Made by a program: the position numbers and the translations under genes
The notes under the pieces: generated by a model
What the model was told of the DNA's origin: nothing
The model's input: the letters and a program-made list of their open reading frames with translations, nothing else
Databases searched by the model: none
Shown: positions 56,421-64,000 of the stretch, in pieces
How positions within the stretch are numbered: position 1 is the stretch's first letter
Layout: each line of letters begins with the position of its first letter
Assembly: GCA_003220935.1 (NCBI GenBank)
Contig: QHTT01000087.1
Span: forward strand, 12,869 to 76,868
Origin: Gemmatimonadota bacterium
GTDB taxonomy: Bacteria > Gemmatimonadota > Gemmatimonadetes > Gemmatimonadales > GWC2-71-9
DNA length: 64,000 bases
Reading direction: 5' to 3'

Positions 56421-58192
56421 ATGTATTGCTCCCGCTGCGGCACTCAGAACGACGACGCCAGTAAGTTCTGCCGCTCCTGCGGTCTGGATCTCGCGGCGAC
56501 GCCGATCCAGAATCCGCAGGAGCTGACCGAGCTCGAGCTCGTGCGGGAGCAGCTCAAGGACGAATACGAGATCCTCGACGAGCTCGGTCGGGGCGGTATG
56601 GCCATCGTCTTCAAGGCGCGCGAGAAACAGCTGGAGCGCGAGGTCGCCATCAAGGTGCTGCCGTTCTCGCTCGCGTTCGACAAGGAATTCGTCGAGCGGT
56701 TTCAACGCGAAGCCCGCACCTCGGCGAAGCTCGAGCACCCCAGCATCATCCCGATCTACCGGGTCGGCAAGTCCGGCCGGGTGATCTACTTCGTCATGAA
56801 GTTTCTGCGGGGCAAGCCGCTCGCGTCCGTCCTCGCGGCGCGCGGCTCGCTCCCCCCCGCGGAGATCCGCCAGATTCTCGTGCAGGTCGCGCGCGCGCTC
56901 GCCTACGCGCACAAGAGCGGCATCGTGCATCGCGACATCAAGCCCGACAACATCATGTTCGACGAGCACGGCCAGGCCGTCGTGACGGACTTCGGCATCG
57001 CCAAGGCGGCGACCGGCGGCAAGCTCACCGGCACGGGCATGTCGATCGGCACGCCCCATTACATGAGCCCCGAGCAAGCCCGGGCGCAGCAGCTCGACGG
57101 GCGCAGCGACATCTACTCACTCGGCGTCGTCGCCTACCAATGCCTCACCGGCAGCGTGCCGTTCGACGGCGAGGACTCCTTCTCCATCGGCTACAAGCAC
57201 ATCATGGAGGAGGTGCCGACGCCGCCGCTCGAGACCTACGATCAACGCACTCTGTTCGAGGTCATCCGGAAAATGATGGCCAAGGTCCCGGACGATCGCT
57301 TCCAGACGTCCGACGATCTGGTCCAGGCGCTCGAAGCGGGGGGCGGGTTCGCCGCCGTCGGGCTCGCGACCGCGCCGACCCGGGCGATCCCGTCGCTCGC
57401 GGGCGCCCGCATCGCCGGCGCGCCCACCACGCCGCTGCCGAGCACGCCGATGGGGGCGCGGCTCGCTGCCTCCGTCGAGCACCACCGCTCCGTGGGGGCG
57501 GGGATCGCCCTCTGGGTTGTCGTGGTCGTCGTGGCGCTCGGTGCCCCGGGCCTTTATGCCTACAAGAAGGGCCTGCTCTTCTTCGCGCGCGCCGCGGTGC
57601 CCGACTCGGTAACCGCTACCCTTCGGGACACGCTCGCGCAGCGACTGCTGGGGGACACCGGCGCGTCCGGCGCCGCTCCCGACACCGCCGTCACACGGCC
57701 GGCGGGCGAGGCTACGCACCCGCCCGTCGCGCCGGGGACGCCGGGGCGGCTCACGCTGCAGGGCCTGCCGGCGGGCGCTCGCGTCACGCTCAACGGGCAG
57801 CCGTTCCGTGGTCAGGGTGACGTGCCCCCCGGCACATACGCGCTCGCCGTGCGGGCCGCGGGGTTCGCGCTGTACGAGCGGCCGGTAGTGATCACCCCGG
57901 GCGCGCCGTTGAGCGTCAGATCTGCTTCGACACGCCCCCCGTCCCTCTCTCCGTCACGCGCATCCCGATCCCCGCCGATGCGCCGATGCTGCCACGCCAA
58001 GCCATCCTCCTGATCCATGTCTCGCGCGACGGCGCCACGCTCGAGGCCCGCGTGTTCGGCCCATCCAACCTCGCCACCTTCAACGATCAAGCCATGGACA
58101 TGGCGCGGAACCTGCGTTGGAACCCCGCGCAGAAGAACGGTGAGCCGGTCGACGCGTGGGTGCAGTGGCCGTTCCAGCCGGTGAGGCAGTAA
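56421..58192 (+). CDS. Ser/Thr kinase: Zn-ribbon - kinase - TM - PEGA-like - TonB C-terminal-like; frameshift or deletion near 57919
   Basis: CSRC..FCRSC, GRGGMAIVF, HRDIKPDN, DFG, GTPHYMSPEQ; frame 1 ends at 58013 in junk, while the second frame gives LIHVSRDG...RWNPAQKNGEPVDAWVQWPF (TonB_C pattern). Confidence 0.8.
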
Positions 58193-58698
58193 TCCACATC
58201 CACGCGACTGCATTCATCGCCCCGGGCGCCGTAGTGCTGGGGGACGTGACACTGGACGCGCGCGTCAGCGTCTGGTATGGCGCCGTGCTGCGCGGCGACA
58301 TGGCAACGATCGTGGTGGGTGAGGCGACGAACCTGCAGGACGGCACCATCGTCCATGTGGACGAGGGGAAGCCGGCACGGATCGGTGCCCGGGTCGGGGT
58401 GGGCCACCGGGCCATCCTGCACGGCTGCACCGTGGAGGACGACTGCCTGATCGGCATGGGCAGCGTTCTCCTGAACGACGTGCACGTCGGCACAGGGAGC
58501 GTCGTGGCCGCCGGTGCGGTGGTGCCCGAGGGAACCCGGGTAGCGCCGGGATCGTTGATGGTCGGTGTGCCTGCCCGCCTGGCGCGGCGGGTGGACGACG
58601 CCCTGCGGGAGCGGATCCGGCTCACGTGGGAACACTATGTGGCGGAGGCGGAGCGACATCGTGCGGGCCGGTTCCCAATCGCGCGAACAGGTTTGTGA
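58156..58698 (+). CDS. Gamma-carbonic anhydrase family (hexapeptide repeat) protein
   Basis: IH.TAFIAPGA, VLRGD, NLQDG..VH, VGHRAILHGC, IGMG; start uncertain. Confidence 0.9.
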   Translation: MGAVAVPAGEAVIHIHATAFIAPGAVVLGDVTLDARVSVWYGAVLRGDMATIVVGEATNLQDGTIVHVDEGKPARIGARVGVGHRAILHGCTVEDDCLIGMGSVLLNDVHVGTGSVVAAGAVVPEGTRVAPGSLMVGVPARLARRVDDALRERIRLTWEHYVAEAERHRAGRFPIARTGL

Positions 58699-58828
58699 TG
58701 TGAATTGCTGAAAAGCGTTGTACCGGCAGCGCTCTTCGCCAGTGTTGCTTCGACGTGCTGCCCGGCCTACCTTGCTCCTCCACGTTTTTCGTCTTGCGCG
58801 CTGTTAAATTCACACATAGCACGCGCTT

Positions 58829-58844
58829 TGTGAGCGCGCTCACA
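58829..58844. promoter_or_regulatory. CRP/FNR-family-like operator upstream of nrdJ
   Basis: TGTGA-GCGCGC-TCACA, a perfect TGTGA-N6-TCACA. Confidence 0.5.
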
Positions 58845-58864
58845 CCGCAGAGGGACGAGCCGGC

Positions 58865-61330
58865 ATGACTGCTTCCACCCGCAAGGGGACGCTTGATCTG
58901 AGCGCCAACGCCATCACCGTGCTCGAACGGCGCTATCTGGTGAAGGACGACCAGGGCAGCCCGGCCGAGCAACCCGAAGACCTCTTCTGGCGGGTGGCTC
59001 GCACCGTCGCCGAGCCGGACGGCCGCTACGGCGCCTCCGACAAGGCCGTCGAGGGCCTCGCCGAGACGTTCTTCGAGCTCATGGCGACGCGCGTGTGGAT
59101 GCCGAACTCACCCACTCTCATGAACGCCGGCCGGCCATTAGGACAGCTGTCCGCCTGCTTCGTACTGCCGGTGGACGATTGCCTCTCGAACGGCAACAGC
59201 GGCATTTACGACACGCTGCGCGCCATGGCTCTGGTGCACCAGTCGGGGGGCGGGACCGGCTTTTCGTTCTCGCGCCTGCGCCCCAAGAACGACGTGGTGC
59301 GCTCCACGATGGGAGTTGCCTCGGGCCCGGTGTCGTTCATGAAGCTGTACGACGCGTCCACCGACGTGGTCAAGCAGGGCGGCACCCGTCGCGGCGCGAA
59401 CATGGGCATCCTGCGGGTGGACCATCCCGACATCCTCGAGTTCATCACCTGCAAGGACGACCTCACGCAGGTGACGAACTTCAACATCTCGGTCGCCGTC
59501 ACGGACGCGTTCATGCGGGCGGTCGAGGAGGGCACGAGCTACGACCTGATCCACCCTCGCCGTGGCGCGGTGGTGGGTCAGCTCGACGCCCGTGAGGTGT
59601 TTCGCAAGATCGTCCACGGTGCCTGGAAGACGGGCGAGCCGGGGGTGTACTTCATCGACCGCGCCAACCACTACAACCCGGTTCCGCGGCTCGGCAGCTA
59701 CGAGGCGACGAACCCCTGCGGCGAGCAGCCGCTGCTCCCCTACGACGTGTGCAACCTGGGGTCCATCAACGTCGGCGTGTTCGTGCAGGACGAGGACGTG
59801 GACTGGGACCGCCTGCGCACGGCGGTGCACCTGTGCACGCACTTTCTCGACAACGTGATCGACGCGAACCGCTATCCGCTTGCGGAGATCGACGACCTGG
59901 CGAAGCGCATCCGGCGCATCGGGCTCGGCGTGATGGGGTGGGCGGACCTGCTGGTGCGGCTCGGCCTGCCCTACGACTCGGACGAGGGCGTGGCGCTCGG
60001 CCGCCGGCTCATGGAATTCGTGGACGAAGAGGCGAAGGTCGCGTCGGAGAAGCTGGCCGAACAGCGGGGCGTCTTCGCGGAGTGGGAGCACTCGATCTGG
60101 GGGCCGGACGCGAACTGCGCCCGCGGCCCGCAGGGCGAGCGGGTGCGCCCCATGCGCCGGCTCCGCAACTGCAACCTGACCACCGTGGCGCCCACGGGGA
60201 CGATCTCGATCATCGCGGGGTGCTCTTCGGGGATCGAGCCGCTGTTCGCGGTCGCGTTCATGCGCAACCAGGCCGGCGTGCTGATGCCCGACGTCAACGA
60301 GGCTTTCGTGCGCCTCGCGAAGCAGGAAGGCTGGTACTCGGACGCGCTCATGCAGCGGATCGCCGCGGCGGGCCACATCCACTTCGACGAGGTGCCCGCG
60401 AAGTGGCAGCGCGTGTTCGTGACGGCGCACGACGTGACCCCCGAGTGGCACATCCAGATGCAGGCCGCCTTCCAGGAGTTCACCGACTCGGCGATCTCCA
60501 AGACCTGCAACTTCGCGAACGACGCGACCGAGGAATATGTTGAGAAGATCTACCGCTACGCCTACAAGCTCGGCTGCAAGGGCGTGACGGTGTACCGCGA
60601 CGCATCGCGCGAGATGCAGGTGCTCTCCGCCGGCGCCACCGCCAAGAAGGTCAAGGAGCAGGCGGCGGGTACGGTGGCGGACGACCCCCCACGCCAGCTC
60701 GCCGAGGCCCTGGGTCGGGTCGCCGAGCTCGACGCCGAGCTGGAGCGCACGCGCACGCGGCTGCACGACGCCGAGGCGGAGAACCTCCAGCGCCGCGCCA
60801 AGCGCTCGCGTCCCGACCTGCTCAAGGGGTCCACCCGGCGGGTCGAGACCCCGCTGGGCACGATGTACGTGACCATCACGGAGGACGACAAGGGCCAGCC
60901 GTTCGAGGTGTTCATCTCGCTCGGCAAGGCCGGGGGTGCGCTGATGGCGGACGTGGAGGCGATCGGGCGCCTGATCTCGCTCGCGCTGCGCTCCGGCATC
61001 CCGATGCGGGAGATCTACCGCCAGCTGCGCGGCATTTCGTCCGACCGGGCGGTGGGTCTGGGCCCGAGCAAGGTGCTGTCGGTGCCCGACGCGATCGGCA
61101 TCGCGATCGAGAAGTGGATGCAGGACAAGCAGGGCGTGCAGCAGGATTTGCTCGGCGCGGCAGCCCTGCCCCCGCGTGAGGTGGTTCCGGGACAGGGTGG
61201 CCCGGCCGCGGTGCGCGCGGGGGAGCGCCCGCAGGACTTCATCGGCGCCTGCCCCGACTGCGGCTCACAGCTCGCCTTCGCCGAAGGGTGCGCCAAGTGT
61301 CACGTGTGCGGGTTCAGCGAGTGCGGCTGA
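58865..61330 (+). CDS. nrdJ: Class II (adenosylcobalamin-dependent) ribonucleotide reductase with C-terminal TSCPD-like domain and Zn-ribbon
   Basis: PNSPTLMNAG, LSACFV, QGGTRRGANM, TNPCGEQ, CNLGSIN, APTGTIS, ISKT.N; C-terminal CPDC..CHVC; no R2 gene adjacent. Confidence 0.93.
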   Translation: MTASTRKGTLDLSANAITVLERRYLVKDDQGSPAEQPEDLFWRVARTVAEPDGRYGASDKAVEGLAETFFELMATRVWMPNSPTLMNAGRPLGQLSACFVLPVDDCLSNGNSGIYDTLRAMALVHQSGGGTGFSFSRLRPKNDVVRSTMGVASGPVSFMKLYDASTDVVKQGGTRRGANMGILRVDHPDILEFITCKDDLTQVTNFNISVAVTDAFMRAVEEGTSYDLIHPRRGAVVGQLDAREVFRKIVHGAWKTGEPGVYFIDRANHYNPVPRLGSYEATNPCGEQPLLPYDVCNLGSINVGVFVQDEDVDWDRLRTAVHLCTHFLDNVIDANRYPLAEIDDLAKRIRRIGLGVMGWADLLVRLGLPYDSDEGVALGRRLMEFVDEEAKVASEKLAEQRGVFAEWEHSIWGPDANCARGPQGERVRPMRRLRNCNLTTVAPTGTISIIAGCSSGIEPLFAVAFMRNQAGVLMPDVNEAFVRLAKQEGWYSDALMQRIAAAGHIHFDEVPAKWQRVFVTAHDVTPEWHIQMQAAFQEFTDSAISKTCNFANDATEEYVEKIYRYAYKLGCKGVTVYRDASREMQVLSAGATAKKVKEQAAGTVADDPPRQLAEALGRVAELDAELERTRTRLHDAEAENLQRRAKRSRPDLLKGSTRRVETPLGTMYVTITEDDKGQPFEVFISLGKAGGALMADVEAIGRLISLALRSGIPMREIYRQLRGISSDRAVGLGPSKVLSVPDAIGIAIEKWMQDKQGVQQDLLGAAALPPREVVPGQGGPAAVRAGERPQDFIGACPDCGSQLAFAEGCAKCHVCGFSECG

Positions 61331-61339
61331 GCCGCCGGC

Positions 61340-62152
61340 TCACTTCTCGAACATCAGCTCCTTCGCCCGCTGGGTCGCCTTCACGACGGCCTTGATCAGC
61401 GTCACGCGGAGCTTCCCCTCCTCCAGCTCCAGGATGCCGTCGATGGTGCAGCCCGCCGGCGTGGTGACGGCGTCCTTGAGCAGGGCGGGGTGATCCCCGG
61501 TTTCGAGCGCGACCTTGGCGGCGCCGAGCAGCGTCTGCGCCGCTAACAAGGTCGCCACGTCCCGCGGCAGACCGACCTTCACGCCCGCTTCCGCCAGCGA
61601 CTCGAGAATGATGTAGACGAATGCCGGTCCGCTGGCGGAGAGTCCGGTCACCGCGTCCATGTGCTTCTCGTCCACCACCACGGTGCGCCCCACGGTGTCG
61701 AACAGCTGGCGGGCGGCCTGGAGGTGGGCGTCGGTCGCGTGACTGCCCCGACAGATTCCGGTCATGCCGGCGCCCACCTGGCACGGGGTGTTCGGCATCG
61801 CGCGCACCACCGGCACCCCGCGCTCGAGGCGCCCCTCGATGTAGCTGGTGGGCACCGAGGCCGCCGCCGACACCACCAGCTTCGCCGGTGTGACGTCGGC
61901 GCGGATCTCGTCGAGCAGGTCGCCCACGTTCTGCGGCTTTACCGCGATCAGGATGACGTCCCCCGCCCGCGCCGCGGCGCGGTTGTCCGTGCCGACCGTC
62001 ACGGGCAGGTGCGTGCTCAGCGCGCGGGCCCGCTCGCCGTGGCGCACGGTGGCGCAAGCGTCGCTCGGGGAGACGCCGGCCTTCAACAGTCCCTGCAGCA
62101 AGATGGTTCCGATCTTCCCCAATCCCAGCACCGCCACGCGTTGGTTCGTCAT
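61340..62152 (-). CDS. proC: Pyrroline-5-carboxylate reductase
   Basis: GLGKIG, AVKPQ, RAMPNTP, GLSASGPA, LKDAVTTPAG.TI. Confidence 0.95.
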   Translation of the reverse strand: MTNQRVAVLGLGKIGTILLQGLLKAGVSPSDACATVRHGERARALSTHLPVTVGTDNRAAARAGDVILIAVKPQNVGDLLDEIRADVTPAKLVVSAAASVPTSYIEGRLERGVPVVRAMPNTPCQVGAGMTGICRGSHATDAHLQAARQLFDTVGRTVVVDEKHMDAVTGLSASGPAFVYIILESLAEAGVKVGLPRDVATLLAAQTLLGAAKVALETGDHPALLKDAVTTPAGCTIDGILELEEGKLRVTLIKAVVKATQRAKELMFEK

Positions 62153-62159
62153 AGCCACC

Positions 62160-62993
62160 TCATCGCAGGTCGTCTTCGAGCAGCGTAGCCGCGTCGGTCT
62201 TCTCGTCGCGGTACTTCACGATCACCGGCGTGTAGAGTGAGAGACCCCAGCGAGCGGCTCCCTGGCCCGGCGCGGCTCGTGCGCCGGGCACCACCACGGC
62301 GCCGGCAGGAATCTCGAGCGAGCGGTCCGCGCCGCCCCGATATACCTGCTCCCGCACCAGGTCGTACACGGGCGTCGAGCCGGTGAGGATCGTTCCCGCG
62401 GCGAGGACGGCGCGCTCGCGCACGATCGTGCCCTCGTAGACGCCGCACCCTCCACCGACCAGTACATCGTCCTCGACGATCACGGGCAGCGCGCCGACCG
62501 GCTCCAGCACGCCCCCGATCTGCGCCGCCGCCGACAGATGCACGCGCTTCCCGATCTGCGCGCACGAGCCGACCAGGACGTGACTGTCGATCATGGTGGC
62601 TTCGCCGACGTAGGCTCCCACGTTCACGTACATCGGCGGCATGCACACGACACCGGGCGCCAGGTAGGCCCCGTCGCGAATGCTGGAGCCACCCGGGACG
62701 ATCCGCACCCGGTCGGCGAGCGTGGTGGGCCGCACAGGATACGTGTCCTTGTCAAAGAAGCGCAAGCTGGGGTGCGGCGACATGTCGACCAGCGCCCCCA
62801 TCCGAAAGCCGACGAGGATGCCGCGCTTCACCCAGGCATTGACGCACCACGTCCCGTCTGCGGTCCGTTCGGCCGCGCGAATCTCACCGCGGGCGAGCCC
62901 CGCCCGAAACTCGGCGAACAACGCCCGGTCGGCGTCGCTGTAGCTCTGGGGCGCCGCCGCGGTGAGTGCCTCGATGCGATCACGCAGCGACAT
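62160..62993 (-). CDS. dapD: Tetrahydrodipicolinate N-succinyltransferase
   Basis: W.VNAWVK.GIL, RIVPG, GSCAQIG, IGGVLEP; located in dap operon. Confidence 0.93.
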   Translation of the reverse strand: MSLRDRIEALTAAAPQSYSDADRALFAEFRAGLARGEIRAAERTADGTWCVNAWVKRGILVGFRMGALVDMSPHPSLRFFDKDTYPVRPTTLADRVRIVPGGSSIRDGAYLAPGVVCMPPMYVNVGAYVGEATMIDSHVLVGSCAQIGKRVHLSAAAQIGGVLEPVGALPVIVEDDVLVGGGCGVYEGTIVRERAVLAAGTILTGSTPVYDLVREQVYRGGADRSLEIPAGAVVVPGARAAPGQGAARWGLSLYTPVIVKYRDEKTDAATLLEDDLR

Positions 62994-63903
62994 GCGCCGC
63001 GCCTTGCAGGAGGCCAAGCTCCGCGAGCGCCGCGCGCAGGCGGGCGCGGGTCTGCTCCTGAACCGGCACGAGGGGCAGGCGATAGTGCTCCTGGAGCAGC
63101 CCCAGCGCCGCCAGCGCGGCCTTCGCGGGCCCCGGGTTCGACTCGAGGAAGTTCGCTTCCATCAGAGGCAGCAAGCGGTAGTGGAGTGCTCGCGCGGCCG
63201 CCCACTCGCCTCGGAGCGCGAGCTCGGTGAGGCGCGCCATCAAGTCGGGCGCCTCGTTCGACACGACCGACACCACACCATCGGCGCCCAACGCGATGAG
63301 CGGCAACGTCACGGCGTCGTCGCCCGAAAGCACGCGGAAGTGCGGCGGCCGGTCGCGCAGGATGGCCATGATCTGCTGAAGGTCTCCCGAGGCCTCCTTC
63401 GTGCCGACGATGTTGTCGCGCTCCCGGGCGAGCGTCAGGGTCGTCGCGGCCGAGATGTTCGATGCGGTGCGACCCGGCACGTTGTACAGCACCACCGGCA
63501 GGACGTCTACCGCCTCGGCGACTGCCCGGAAATGCGCCACGAGGCCCGCTTGGGTCGGCTTGTTGTAGTAGGGCGCCACCACCAGGATCGCGTCCGCGCC
63601 GGCGGCGCGGGCGGCCCGCGCCCGCTCGATCGTAACCGCGGTCGCATTACTCCCCACGCCGGCGATCACCCGCGCACGCCCGCGCGCCACCTCGACGGTG
63701 AGCGCGATGAGCCGCCGCTGCTCCTGGGGATCGAGCGTCGCCGCCTCGCCCGTCGTGCCGCACGGCACGAGCAGCGGCACGCCGCTCGCGATCTGCCGCT
63801 CGACGAGGGCACGAAACCGTGGCTCGTCAACGTCACCGGTCGCGGCGAACGGGGTCACGAGCGCGGTCCCGCAGCCGCGTAGCCAATCGATGCGTGTGGT
63901 CAT
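62980..63903 (-). CDS. dapA: 4-hydroxy-tetrahydrodipicolinate synthase
   Basis: TALVTPF, GTTGE, PYYNKP, YNVPGRT, KEASG, SGDD, ESNP. Confidence 0.96.
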   Translation of the reverse strand: MTTRIDWLRGCGTALVTPFAATGDVDEPRFRALVERQIASGVPLLVPCGTTGEAATLDPQEQRRLIALTVEVARGRARVIAGVGSNATAVTIERARAARAAGADAILVVAPYYNKPTQAGLVAHFRAVAEAVDVLPVVLYNVPGRTASNISAATTLTLARERDNIVGTKEASGDLQQIMAILRDRPPHFRVLSGDDAVTLPLIALGADGVVSVVSNEAPDLMARLTELALRGEWAAARALHYRLLPLMEANFLESNPGPAKAALAALGLLQEHYRLPLVPVQEQTRARLRAALAELGLLQGAAHVAA

Positions 63904-64000
63904 AAGACAGTCCTTTCCGACGCCAGGATGTTCTCCAACACGTCCGCGAAGGCGTACATCCCCCGTCGGCCCGCCAGCCAGCGGGCCGCGAGCACGGCGC
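63900..64000 (-). CDS. dapB: C-terminal fragment of 4-hydroxy-tetrahydrodipicolinate reductase
   Basis: Minus strand AVLAARWLAGRRGMYAFADVL...*, ATGA overlap with dapA start. Confidence 0.75.
   Translation of the reverse strand, partial: AVLAARWLAGRRGMYAFADVLENILASERTVL

Noticed and set aside
58699..58864. Cobalamin riboswitch or NrdR boxes upstream of nrdJ
   Set aside because: No B12-box or convincing NrdR palindrome visible by eye; a covariance or matrix scan would be needed to exclude them
58865..61330. Intein or intron in nrdJ
   Set aside because: Catalytic motifs are contiguous, length is ordinary, and no splice-junction or endonuclease motifs were seen
1..64000. tRNA, rRNA, prophage, IS or integrase
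   Set aside because: Intergenic gaps are short and show no cloverleaf; no transposase, integrase or phage ORFs recognised; no obvious composition shift

Overview
High-GC, gene-dense bacterial chromosome segment. The gene content and ribosomal-protein style suggest Gemmatimonadota (inference), probably from a metagenome assembly. 1-10.4 kb is the S10/spc ribosomal protein cluster (rplB to rplO, secY, adk, map), with unusually long terminal extensions on several r-proteins. The rest is mostly housekeeping and envelope genes: ftcD, suhB, trpS, pilT-like, purA, penicillin acylase family, ypdA, glyQS, hsp20, HDAC family, corA, priA, pdaD, ccdA, ggt, murQ-anmK-nagZ, nrdJ, proC and dapD-dapA-dapB. 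No tRNA, rRNA, CRISPR array or transposase was seen. Most notable: (1) a coupled four-gene Ser/Thr phospho-signalling operon (Zn-ribbon/2xFHA adaptor, kinase, PP2C, FHA-TM-coiled-coil-trypsin protease) between peptidoglycan genes; (2) an amidase, metallopeptidase/propeller-Omp85, GWxTD-like and kinase-PEGA-TonB_C envelope cluster; (3) a sigma54 promoter plus c-di-GMP-I riboswitch with no downstream gene; (4) REP-like palindromes, one inserted in frame in the penicillin acylase spacer peptide; (5) a ubiquitin-like gene cluster; (6) four internal deletions or frameshifts (rpsC, rpsE, YncE-like, kinase) that are probably assembly artefacts. All family calls come from motif recognition by eye; no searches were run.
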